NCBI GenBank assembly: GCA_963841415.1
Contig: CAWJCN010000004.1
Coordinates: forward strand, 319,415 to 383,414
Length of the DNA: 64,000 bases
Source of the DNA: an uncultured Actinomycetes bacterium
GTDB taxonomy: Bacteria > Actinomycetota > Acidimicrobiia > IMCC26256 > DASPTH01
Direction: 5' to 3'
Both the position numbers and the translations under genes were made by a program. Shown in pieces: positions 17,289 through 25,321 of this stretch. Numbering within the stretch: the stretch's first letter is position 1; each line of letters begins with the position of its first letter. The notes below the pieces were generated by a model. The model did not search any database, was not told where the DNA came from, and saw nothing but the letters and a program-made list of their open reading frames with translations.

Positions 17289-17962
17289 CGCCCTCCGTCA
17301 TCTGGGCAGACTCCGGGCCCACCAAAGGTGCTGAAGTCTTTGTGTGGTGCTGAGGGCAGCCCTGCGGGCTGCGTCGCCTGCGGCTCTTGTAAAGCACTTC
17401 CAAGGGAAGGGAACCTTCTTGGTTCCCGACCTATGCCCCCACCCCTGAGGTAGGGGTGGTGGCCCAATGCTTAACAAAGAACACGAAGTGTTCGCCGCGA
17501 CGACCAAGGGGAGGAGCCCTCAGAACCACATAAAGAACCAAGGTTTATTCATCGCCAATCGTCTTGGTTGACGATTGGCTTACATTGAAACCCCGGTTTC
17601 GCCCGCCCTTCCAAGGTAATCAGGGCGAGCGACGCCCTAGAGGGGCTCGGAGCCCCTCGGTAAAATCTTCGTTCGAAGAACGGCCTACAGACGTATCGCA
17701 GGACCACTCACGGTCTACCGCCCTGGCATGGTTCATCTATGTCCGATTGAGGAATCACACGGGTGTAGTTCGACGCCGTTAGCGCGCGCAGCCCCGAGTT
17801 ACGGACCAGAAGTTGAGCGAACCGAAAGGTGAAGCCCGCTCAACTCCTGACCCCTCCGCCACGATGTGGCGGGACCGTGCCTACCCCCGCTGCGCCTTCG
17901 CCTTGGCGATGGCGGCAGCCTTCTTGAGCGGGCCTTCTAGCAGTGGGCCGGGGTTACGTCCT
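17289..17962. other. 674-bp non-coding, stem-loop-dense region (candidate structured RNA or replication/packaging origin)
   Basis: No convincing ORF. Stems of 7 bp or more at 17409-17427, 17439-17459, 17554-17579, 17641-17657, 17812-17844 and 17856-17872, plus shorter ones. CCAAGG/CTTGG motif recurs. Confidence 0.4.
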
Positions 17963-18199
17963 TCAGTGAAATGAGATGACCGTCTGGACGGGAACACCGG
18001 TCAGGCGAGCAAGTGCGTACGCGTCCATCCCGAGACGTTGGAGCATCTGAGAACGGTCCTCGGGTGAGGTGTCCCCAGCCGGAACGTGTGCCTCGTTCAG
18101 CACCTTTTGGAAGAGGCGGTCGACATCGCTTGGCAAAAGGTCACGATGTTGCAACTCGTCAGCGAGTTGCTGCACGTCCGAGTCGTCGTAGTCAGCCAT
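17963..18199 (-). CDS. small HTH DNA-binding protein
   Basis: 78 aa, acidic N-terminus, C-terminal HTH-like MDAYALARLTGVPVQTVISF. Confidence 0.55.
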   Translation of the reverse strand: MADYDDSDVQQLADELQHRDLLPSDVDRLFQKVLNEAHVPAGDTSPEDRSQMLQRLGMDAYALARLTGVPVQTVISFH

Positions 18200-18616
18200 C
18201 TAGCCCACCTCGTGCGTGTCGCGGTCGGACTGTTTCATCGGGTTCTGGGGCACGTGCTTGGCGCTCTCTCGTTGCCAGCGCTTCACGTCGGCTTCCGGCC
18301 AGAATCCGAGCCGACTCGGTGCCCGCAACACGTCGCCGAAACCGCCCGACGCCGCAATCAGGCGGCGGTAGCTGGCGTTCGACTCGTCAGACAGGAGGTC
18401 CGGGTCATCCTCGAAGCGGTAGAGGTCATCCACCGAGATTCCGAGGACATCGGCCAGCGTTTCAGGCTCGATGTCGAGGTCAATCCTCACCCGCTTTCGG
18501 ACGACCGGAGCGATGTAGATGAGGGTCCGCACGGGCTCATGCGTGTCGAGGTCGCGCTTCAGCACGCCCAACTCGGCCGCACTCCACGGGCGTTTCGCGT
18601 AGGTCGTAGCGGTCAC
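18200..18616 (-). CDS. HTH / excisionase-like DNA-binding protein
   Basis: 138 aa with GTG start. ETLADVLGISVDDLYRFE HTH, and a C-terminal RLGFWPEADVKRWQRE resembling the excisionase/AlpA wing. Confidence 0.5.
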   Translation of the reverse strand: MTATTYAKRPWSAAELGVLKRDLDTHEPVRTLIYIAPVVRKRVRIDLDIEPETLADVLGISVDDLYRFEDDPDLLSDESNASYRRLIAASGGFGDVLRAPSRLGFWPEADVKRWQRESAKHVPQNPMKQSDRDTHEVG

Positions 18617-19129
18617 GAGGTCACCTTTCTTTTTCTCTATATCCTCTAACTACGCGACCCGTGGCTCGCGACCTATATCCGTTGCAGCGTAACGGTTCGA
18701 CACTTCGGCCGAACCTTACAAATCTGAACGTAGTTGGGTAGTGAAGTGGCGCGGTCGGTTGGACGCAGGAGCGAGCGCACCGCCCCCCCGAACGCCCGGA
18801 TAGTCACGCCGATGTGACTTAGATTGTCACACCGAAGGGTCCACACCGCGGAGGAAATGGAGTGGTCAGGCAGTGGCGATGGAGGGGCGCGCAGAGCCCT
18901 GTAATCGGCACATGGCCCCGCCACACCCCCTTATTCTATAAGGGTTGTGGGGAGGGCCATTTTACGCTGCGCCGTCTCGATAACCCGTGTGAAGCATTCT
19001 CCCGGGAGCGTGTCCAGACGCCTTAGAACGCCGTACAGCGGGCGAAGTGTGCAATGCACGCCAGCCCCTCTCGCACCATCGGGCGCGGTGACGGGGAGCA
19101 ACCACGGAAACCTGAGCAGGCCGAGCGAC
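18617..19129. other. 513-bp non-coding region with clustered GTCAC/GTGAC half-sites
   Basis: GGTCAC-GA-GGTCAC at 18611-18624, GTCAC-N6-GTGAC at 18803-18818, GTCAC at 18826-18830. Track ORFs here have implausible composition. Confidence 0.4.
18912..18964 (+). terminator. long imperfect hairpin followed by TTTTA on the plus strand
   Basis: CCACACCCCCTTA...TAAGGGTTGTGG core with GGCCCC/GGAGGGCC extension, then TTTTA. It also lies downstream of the minus-strand lipoprotein gene, but no U-run follows in that orientation. Confidence 0.35.
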
Positions 19130-19456
19130 TCACTTTGGGAGGTCCTTAATCTCTCCGGTCGAGCAGTTCTGCACCACATGAACCTCGCTGCCGTCCGGCT
19201 TGACGAGCACGACCTCGACTCCGCTCGGACCCTTGACATCGAGCAGCTGGAAGAGCCAGTTGTCGTGCCCCTGGCACTTCTTCTCCACGCGCTTACTGAC
19301 CCGCCCCGCTTGCGCTGCCAACTCGGCGGTCGTTCCGTTCGACACGCTCTGTCGAATCGTCGGAGTTTCCTCCTGGAACCCGCAACTCCTGAGCCCAAAC
19401 ACGATTGCCGCGACTGCAATCGCTGCGCCCCCGAGAAATCGCCCGACCCGTCGCAT
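19130..19456 (-). CDS. small lipoprotein (island cargo, next to integrase)
   Basis: ATG at 19456 inside ORF 19130..19609. MRRVGRFLGGAAIAVAAIVFGLRSCG is a signal peptide with a lipobox-like LRSC. Confidence 0.55.
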   Translation of the reverse strand: MRRVGRFLGGAAIAVAAIVFGLRSCGFQEETPTIRQSVSNGTTAELAAQAGRVSKRVEKKCQGHDNWLFQLLDVKGPSGVEVVLVKPDGSEVHVVQNCSTGEIKDLPK

Positions 19457-19485
19457 ACGGGCAGGAGCGTAGCCAGAACCTACCC

Positions 19486-20412
19486 TCAGCCGTCCAGATA
19501 CTTGGCGTAATCCGACGCGCGCTCGCCCAGTGGTAGTAGCGGGCGGTCGTCGTGATGTTGGTGTGACCCAACAACATCGACACCGCCTGAATCGGCACAC
19601 CCCTTGCAAGCATCTCCGTCGCCTTCGTATGGCGAAGGTGATGCAGTCCCGCGGTACTCGACACCGACCGTCTCGCAGTAGCGCTGATAGCGCGTGTGGA
19701 CGTTGGAGTACCGCCAGGGGAACACGTACTCACTCGGTGACTTCGTGCGCGGGCACGCGTTGTCGCAGTGCTTGAGCGCGGCCATGTTCTCCGGCGTGAA
19801 CACTTCCTCGATGAGCCGACGTGACAAGGGCACGTACTGCGGTCGTGCCGCCTTCGTCCACGGGAGCGCCACGTACGGGCGCTCCTCGTGCAGCCTGAGC
19901 CATTCCCAGCGGATGCCGAGTGCTTCCCCGACACGTCGCCCCGTGTCGGCCAGGAAGGCGAGGAATGCCCACCAGCGGAGCCCTCGCCCTCGCGCCGAGT
20001 TGACCAATAGCTCAACCTCGGCCGCGGTGTGAACCGTGATGGCGGGGGGCGGGTTCTCGGGGGGCACGTCCGCCCGGAGCACCGCGCAATGCGTGATGAG
20101 CCCGACCGCCTTCGCCCACTCCCCGAAGTCCATGAGCGCATAGACGATGTGCCGCAGCGAGCCGGAGGTCATCTCCGCCGAGAGTTTGTCCAGCATCTCC
20201 TCAACCTGGGAACGGTCGCAGAGGACCGTTCCAAAGGTATCTACACACTTTGCGGGGGTCACGAGGGAAGCCCGAGCCACCCTCCGACGCTTCGCGTCCG
20301 TTGTGTGGCTTGAGGGCAGGCGACCTACACGCCTTTTGAAGCGGACTGCGTACCAATCGCTGAACGGGATGAGGTCGGAGGGGTACAGGCGTTGCGGAAC
20401 CTGGATTTCCAT
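19486..20412 (-). CDS. tyrosine recombinase / phage-type integrase, frame broken (two junctions)
   Basis: ATG at 20412 (MEIQVPQ). DTGRRVGEALGIRWEWL lies in the ORF 19486..20763 frame. HHLRHTKATEML..LLGHTNITTTARYYH catalytic box lies in the ORF 19293..20141 frame. Junctions near 19645-19652 and 19526-19533. Confidence 0.8.
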   Translation of the reverse strand: MEIQVPQRLYPSDLIPFSDWYAVRFKRRVGRLPSSHTTDAKRRRVARASLVTPAKCVDTFGTVLCDRSQVEEMLDKLSAEMTSGSLRHIVYALMDFGEWAKAVGLITHCAVLRADVPPENPPPAITVHTAAEVELLVNSARGRGLRWWAFLAFLADTGRRVGEALGIRWEWLRLHEERPYVALPWTKAARPQYVPLSRRLIEEVFTPENMAALKHCDNACPRTKSPSEYVFPWRYSNVHTRYQRYCETVGVEYRGTASPSPYEGDGDACKGCADSGGVDVVGSHQHHDDRPLLPLGERASDYAKYLDG

Positions 20413-20438
20413 TCTGAGGTCCACCCTTCTGCTGAAGT

Positions 20439-20457
20439 ATCTGCACCGAATCTCCAC
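20439..20457. repeat. right direct repeat (attR core candidate) ATCTGCACCGAATCTCCAC
   Basis: Identical to 13727-13745. Lies 46 nt upstream of the response-regulator ATG. Confidence 0.8.
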
Positions 20458-20503
20458 AGCTCCGGCACGACACCGGCGGGAGGTGTCCTTACGCTGGATC
20501 GCA

Positions 20504-21217
20504 ATGTCCGCAACGGCGCCTGCCCTCCCGCGCACCATCCTGGTCGTGGAGGACGAGGCGTCGATCGCCGAGGCCGTGGCCACCCGCCTTCGCAGCGAGG
20601 GCTTCGCGGTGGCGATCGCCGCCGACGGGCCGGCCGGGGTGGAGCAGTGCCGGGCGCTGCACCCGGATCTGGTCGTGCTCGACCTGATGCTCCCGGGCCT
20701 CGACGGCCTCGACGTGTGCCGCGAGATCCAGCGCGACCGTCCGGTGCCGGTGTTGATGCTCACCGCGCGTGACTCCGAGACCGACCTCGTGGTGGGGCTC
20801 GAGGTGGGCGCCGACGACTACCTCACCAAACCGTTCAGCGCGCGCGAGCTCGTCGCCCGGGTGCACGCGCTCCTCCGTCGGGTCGAACGGCGGCCCGCGC
20901 GGACGTCGGGCACCGTCCGTCTCGGCCTGGTTGCCATCGACCTCGAGGCGCGCCGTGTGCTGCTCGGCGAAACTCTCGTGCACCTCACGCCGACCGAGTT
21001 CGACCTCCTCGCCTACCTCGCGCGCAGCCCGACGCGGGTGTTCACGCGTGAGGAACTGCTCGCCGAGGTGTGGGGCTACCACGACGGCTCCGGCGCTCGC
21101 ACGGTCGACTCGCACGTGCGCGCGCTGCGCCGCAAGCTGGGCAACGACGTCGTGCGCACCGTCCACGGCGTCGGCTACGCCGCGGGCGAACCGCAATCAG
21201 AAGCTGCGACGTCGTGA
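20504..21217 (+). CDS. OmpR/PhoB-family response regulator
   Basis: ATG at 20504 inside ORF 20147..21217. ILVVEDE, DLVVLDLMLPGLDG, winged-helix C-terminus LTPTEFDLLAYLA. Confidence 0.9.
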   Translation: MSATAPALPRTILVVEDEASIAEAVATRLRSEGFAVAIAADGPAGVEQCRALHPDLVVLDLMLPGLDGLDVCREIQRDRPVPVLMLTARDSETDLVVGLEVGADDYLTKPFSARELVARVHALLRRVERRPARTSGTVRLGLVAIDLEARRVLLGETLVHLTPTEFDLLAYLARSPTRVFTREELLAEVWGYHDGSGARTVDSHVRALRRKLGNDVVRTVHGVGYAAGEPQSEAATS

Positions 21218-22236
21218 CCCGCCGCGAGCGCCTCGCGCATCCGCTCGACGACGTTCCGTCGATCAAGCTCAAGCTCGGCTTCGTGATCGCGGTCGCGGTC
21301 GCGGTGACTGTGTTCGTGTTCTGGGTGTTGGTGAAGATCGGCGTGTGGCCGTCGGTGAGCGGCGTGATCGCGGCGGTCATCGCGATGGCGATGGTCTGGT
21401 TCCTCTCCCGGGGGATGACGTCGCCCCTGCGCGAGATGGCCGCCGCCGCCTCGGAGATGTCGAAGGGCAACTACTCCCGGCGGGTGTCGACTTCATCGCG
21501 GGACGAGGTCGGTGAGCTGGCCCGCGCGTTCAACCAGATGGCGGCGGAGCTGGCCGAGACCGACCGGGTGCGGCGCGACCTCGTCGCCAACGTGTCGCAC
21601 GAGCTCCGCACGCCGATCACCGCGCTCCAGGCAGTGCTCGAGAACCTGGTCGACGGCGTGACCGACCCCGACCCCGAGACGTTCCGCACGATGCTCGTCC
21701 AGGTCGAGCGGCTGGGCCGGCTGGTGAAGCAGCTGCTCGACCTCTCCCGGCTCGAGTCGGGCGCCGTGCCGCTCGAGCGCACCGAGTTCCGGATCGAGCC
21801 TCTGCTCGAGCACGCGGTGCGGGAGCAGAAGCTCCACGCCCCCGAGATCGCGGTGTCGGTGTCGGTCGACTCCCACGACCTCACCGCCGACGGCGACCCC
21901 GAGCGCGTGCACCAGGTCGTCGCCAACCTGCTCGAGAACGCGGTGCGCCACACGCCCCACGGCGGGTCGGTGGAGGTGCGGGCGCGCCGCCACGAGCAGG
22001 GCGTCACCATCGAGGTGCTCGACGAAGGTCCGGGCATCGCCGAAGTCGACGAAGCCCGCATCTTCGAGCGCTTCTACCGCGCCGACTCGGCGCGCGCGTC
22101 CACCGACGGCGGCGCCGGACTCGGCCTCGCCATCGCCCAGTGGATCGTCGACCTCCACGGCGGCGACATCCACCCCGAACGTCGTGATCCGCGCGGCTGC
22201 CGCATGGTCGTGACGCTTCCGAAGCCCATCCGCTGA
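21214..22236 (+). CDS. HAMP-domain sensor histidine kinase
   Basis: GTG at 21214 (GTGA overlap with the regulator stop). Two TM segments, HAMP, H-box SHELRTPITAL, and an ATPase-domain G-box (GGAGLGLAIA). Confidence 0.9.
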   Translation: MTRRERLAHPLDDVPSIKLKLGFVIAVAVAVTVFVFWVLVKIGVWPSVSGVIAAVIAMAMVWFLSRGMTSPLREMAAAASEMSKGNYSRRVSTSSRDEVGELARAFNQMAAELAETDRVRRDLVANVSHELRTPITALQAVLENLVDGVTDPDPETFRTMLVQVERLGRLVKQLLDLSRLESGAVPLERTEFRIEPLLEHAVREQKLHAPEIAVSVSVDSHDLTADGDPERVHQVVANLLENAVRHTPHGGSVEVRARRHEQGVTIEVLDEGPGIAEVDEARIFERFYRADSARASTDGGAGLGLAIAQWIVDLHGGDIHPERRDPRGCRMVVTLPKPIR

Positions 22237-22253
22237 TCCTCGAGGAGACAACG

Positions 22254-22901
22254 ATGTCGCTCGCCACCATCGACGAAGCTCTCAAGCGCATCCGCCGCGG
22301 TGAGATGGTGCTCGTCGTCGACGACGAAGACCGCGAGAACGAAGGTGACCTCACCTTGGCCGCGTGCTGGGTGTCGCCCGAGGCGATCAATTTCATGTTG
22401 CGCTGGGCGCGGGGGCTCGTGTGCATGCCGTGCGAAGCAGGGCGTCTCGACGAGCTCGACCTGTGGCCGATGGTGCCGTCGGACCGCGCCGGCAACGACA
22501 CACCGTTCACGGTCTCGGTCGACCACGTCACCGCCGGGAGCGGCATCGGCGCCGCCGACCGCGCCGTCACGATCCGTCGGATCCTCGACCCGGGCGCCCG
22601 CCCGTCCGACTTCCACCGTCCCGGTCATGTGTTCCCCCTCCGTGCCCGTGAGGGCGGCGTCCTCGAGCGCCGCGGCCACACCGAGGCCGCAGTCGACCTC
22701 GCCCGTCTCGCCGGGCTCCCGCCGGTGGCGGTGATCTGCGAGGTGCTGTGCGAGGACGGGTCGCCCGCGCGGTTCCCGTACCTCGACCAGTTCGCGTCGG
22801 ACCACCGGATCGCGATGGTCGCCGTCGACCAGCTCGTCGAGCACCGCCTGGCCCACGACGACACCGCCTCTCACGGTCTCGTCGCTCCACTGCTCCTGTA
22901 G
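22254..22901 (+). CDS. ribB: 3,4-dihydroxy-2-butanone-4-phosphate synthase
   Basis: VVDDEDRENEGDL, FTVSVD, RPGHVFPL, GHTEAAVDLARLAG motifs. Confidence 0.9.
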   Translation: MSLATIDEALKRIRRGEMVLVVDDEDRENEGDLTLAACWVSPEAINFMLRWARGLVCMPCEAGRLDELDLWPMVPSDRAGNDTPFTVSVDHVTAGSGIGAADRAVTIRRILDPGARPSDFHRPGHVFPLRAREGGVLERRGHTEAAVDLARLAGLPPVAVICEVLCEDGSPARFPYLDQFASDHRIAMVAVDQLVEHRLAHDDTASHGLVAPLLL

Positions 22902-22922
22902 CTCCCTGGCCGTTCTCGGCGC

Positions 22923-23915
22923 GTGCAGCGCCGCGCCGCTCGGGCCCCGGCTCGGTACCATCGCGGGCTCGTGCCTCCGCCGACCACCACTCGGATCTTG
23001 GGCCACCCGCGCGCGCTGGTGGTCGCGCTCGGCTTCTTCGCGGCGTCCGTCGCGGTCGCGGGGTGCATGCCACCACCACCGCCGCCGCCTGGTCCGCTGA
23101 CCCCGATGACGGTCGGGGTGACGCACACGATCGGGACCCGTCAGGTCACGTTCGTCGACACCTCACGCTCGACGCCGCCCTTCGACTCGTTCGCAGGCTC
23201 GCCGTCACGCCGGCTCCCCACCAGCATCTGGTACCCGTCGGACGGCGGCGGACCCTTCCCGCTCGTCGTGTTCGCGCCCGGCTACGGCGCGACGCCGGCG
23301 ACGTACGCCCCGCTGCTGACGCGCATCGCGGCCGCGGGGTACGTGGTCGCGGCACCGACCTACCCGTTGCTCAGCGGCCAACCCGTGGGACCGACGGACA
23401 CGGTGGGCTGGGAAGACCTCTACGGCGATACGTGGTTCGTCACGTCACAGGTGCTGGCCGACGCCACGGTCGGTGCTCTGATCGACCCGAACCGCATCGC
23501 GGTCGCGGGCCATTCCGACGGCGCGGCCATCGCCTTCGGCGACGGATTCACACCGTTCCGGCTCGATTGGCGCGTCCGCGCCGTGGTGTCGTACGCGGCC
23601 GACGTCGGTCAGTACCCGTCGTACCAACCCAACGGCCGTCCGATCCTGCACGTGCTCTGCGACCAGGACGTGTACAACCCGTACGCCGACGCGATCGCGT
23701 GGGACCGCAGCACGCTGCAGCAACCCAAGACGGTCGTGAGCTTGTGGAACGCGTCGCACGCGGCGCCGTTCGTCGACACGAGCGATCCGCACTTCGACCT
23801 GGTCGTGCGCGTCACCATCGGTTGGCTCGACACCGTGCTCAAGGCGCACCCCGAAGGGTTGCTCTTCGCGTCGTTCGACGTCGCCGACCACCCGTCGCTC
23901 GCCGCGATGGAGTAG
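22923..23915 (+). CDS. alpha/beta hydrolase lipoprotein (PAF-acetylhydrolase / cutinase-like)
   Basis: Lipobox VAVAGC. PLVVFAPGYGATPATYAPLL and IAVAGHSDGA nucleophile motif. Start uncertain. Confidence 0.65.
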   Translation: MQRRAARAPARYHRGLVPPPTTTRILGHPRALVVALGFFAASVAVAGCMPPPPPPPGPLTPMTVGVTHTIGTRQVTFVDTSRSTPPFDSFAGSPSRRLPTSIWYPSDGGGPFPLVVFAPGYGATPATYAPLLTRIAAAGYVVAAPTYPLLSGQPVGPTDTVGWEDLYGDTWFVTSQVLADATVGALIDPNRIAVAGHSDGAAIAFGDGFTPFRLDWRVRAVVSYAADVGQYPSYQPNGRPILHVLCDQDVYNPYADAIAWDRSTLQQPKTVVSLWNASHAAPFVDTSDPHFDLVVRVTIGWLDTVLKAHPEGLLFASFDVADHPSLAAME

Positions 23916-23933
23916 CCGCCCGCGCTCCACCTG

Positions 23934-23956
23934 CAAGGTTGCGTGACGCAATCTTG
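23934..23956. terminator. hairpin between convergent genes
   Basis: CAAGGTTGCG-TGA-CGCAATCTTG, one mismatch. Confidence 0.35.
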
Positions 23957-23959
23957 CGA

Positions 23960-24289
23960 TCAGTTGCTCGTGTCGTCGCGGGGCGGGAGGTAGACGACGG
24001 CGCGGGAGCGTTCGGGGTGCTCGGGGTCGAGCACGATGTCGATGTGATCGAGCTTCGGTTCCGGTGCGTCGGCCACGATGGCCGGCTCCTCCTTCTCCGG
24101 CCTGCCCTCCAATGCGTCACGCACACCGAGGAGCCCGGCGGCGATGACGCTGCCCGCCGCGCCGCGACGGAAGCGATCGATCGGCCGCTCCCACTCCCCG
24201 TCCGCCGCGTCGTCAGGCGCGTCGTCAGGTGCCTCGTCAGGTGTCTCGTCAGGTGTCTCGTCAGGTGTCTCGTCGGGCACATCGGCCAT
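23960..24289 (-). CDS. hypothetical acidic protein with PDET repeats
   Basis: 109 aa. N-terminal PDETPDETPDETPDEAPDDAPDD is encoded by 12-bp tandem repeats. Confidence 0.5.
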   Translation of the reverse strand: MADVPDETPDETPDETPDEAPDDAPDDAADGEWERPIDRFRRGAAGSVIAAGLLGVRDALEGRPEKEEPAIVADAPEPKLDHIDIVLDPEHPERSRAVVYLPPRDDTSN

Positions 24290-24328
24290 ACCTCCACGTT
24301 AGGACCGCGCCGCGCCTAGGTTCGCCCG

Positions 24329-25039
24329 ATGGAGGAGGTGCCCGGCCAACGGGCGGTGGCCGTCGGCGTGTTGGTGCTCGCCGCCCTCATCGGCGCCGCG
24401 CTGGTGACCCTCGGGCACGACGAGCAGCCAACGCCCGCCACGGTCGCAGTCGCGGCCGGCACCAGCGAGACGACGACGCCCCCCACCCCCACCACGACCA
24501 CCGCGCCGGGGACGCCGACGACCGCCGCGGCCCCTCCCACCACCACGACTCCCACGGCACCCGCGGCACCCGGCACCGACCCCGGGGTGCTCCCCCAGAC
24601 CGACGAGAAGCCCACGGCGAGCGGCGCGACGTTCACGTCCGGCGTCGACGCGCTGTGGGAAGCGATCCGGCAGGACGAGCCCGAGCTCGGCCTGCCGTTC
24701 TTCTTCCCGGAGAGCGCGTACCTCCAGGTGAAGGCGATCAGCGATCCGGCCGCCGACTACCAGAACCGCCTCATCGCCAACTTCGAGGAGGACGTCCACT
24801 CGCTGCACGCGCAGCTCGGGTCGAACGCGTCGGGCGCGCAGTTCGTGGGCATCGGCGTCCCGGGAGACCAGGCTGTCCTCGTGCAGCCGGGCGAGGAGTC
24901 CAACAAGCTGTCGTACTGGCGGGTCTACGGCACGACGATGCAGTACCAGGTCGACGGCCAGACGGGTTCGTTCCCGGTGACGTCGCTCATCTCGTGGCGC
25001 GGCGAGTGGTACGTCGTGCACCTCGGCACCATTCGCTGA
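24329..25039 (+). CDS. membrane-anchored protein with Pro/Thr-rich linker
   Basis: N-terminal TM, a TTPPTPTTTTAPGTPTT linker, then a globular C-terminal domain of unknown family. Confidence 0.6.
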   Translation: MEEVPGQRAVAVGVLVLAALIGAALVTLGHDEQPTPATVAVAAGTSETTTPPTPTTTTAPGTPTTAAAPPTTTTPTAPAAPGTDPGVLPQTDEKPTASGATFTSGVDALWEAIRQDEPELGLPFFFPESAYLQVKAISDPAADYQNRLIANFEEDVHSLHAQLGSNASGAQFVGIGVPGDQAVLVQPGEESNKLSYWRVYGTTMQYQVDGQTGSFPVTSLISWRGEWYVVHLGTIR

Positions 25040-25053
25040 ACGAGGTCCGCCGA

Positions 25054-25311
25054 CTAGTTCGACACGAACCAGTCGGGGAGCAGGTTGATGCCGAGGCCGA
25101 TCAGGACCGCGGCGACCGCCGCCACCATCAGCCAACGACCCCTGCGCTCCCCCTTGCGCCACGCGTACGCGCCGAGCACGAAGGCCACCGCGCCGAAGAA
25201 CAGCGGGAGCACGAACACCGCCCAGGCCGCGGCCACGACCCCCCAGATCGCCGCGGCCTGACCAGGTTGCAGACGCCTCGTGGGCGAGACGCGTTCGGGT
25301 TTGCCGGCCAC
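25054..25311 (-). CDS. small membrane protein
   Basis: GTG at 25311 preceded by AAGGTGG. Two hydrophobic helices. Confidence 0.5.
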   Translation of the reverse strand: MAGKPERVSPTRRLQPGQAAAIWGVVAAAWAVFVLPLFFGAVAFVLGAYAWRKGERRGRWLMVAAVAAVLIGLGINLLPDWFVSN

Positions 25312-25321
25312 AGCCCCCACC

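Larger units (their letters stand above)
13727..20457. mobile_element. integrated genomic island / degenerate prophage-like element, about 6.7 kb
   Basis: Perfect 19-bp direct repeats at both ends. Tyrosine integrase starts 27 nt inside the right repeat. Lower GC: 26 of 60 G+C in line 17521-17580 versus 44 of 60 in flank line 12901-12960. Cargo is almost all hypothetical. Confidence 0.75.

Noticed and set aside
17289-17962. The non-coding block as a retron msr/msd or an IscB/TnpB guide RNA
   Set aside because: No reverse transcriptase, IscB or TnpB gene is present in the island or its flanks.
19293-19485. The long C-terminal continuation of the integrase catalytic frame (ORF 19293..20141) past ARYYH
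   Set aside because: The extension has junk-like sequence and runs through the downstream lipoprotein gene. The alternative frame ends at 19486 with a plausible integrase tail, followed by a 29-nt gap.
18673-19510. Track ORFs 18673..18924, 18931..19419 and 18947..19510 within the second non-coding block
   Set aside because: Their composition is Arg/Ser/Cys-rich and non-protein-like. They have no RBS and overlap each other and the lipoprotein gene. They are treated as non-coding.
22237-22253. An FMN riboswitch upstream of ribB
   Set aside because: Only 17 nt separate the kinase stop from the ribB ATG, which is far too short for an RFN element.
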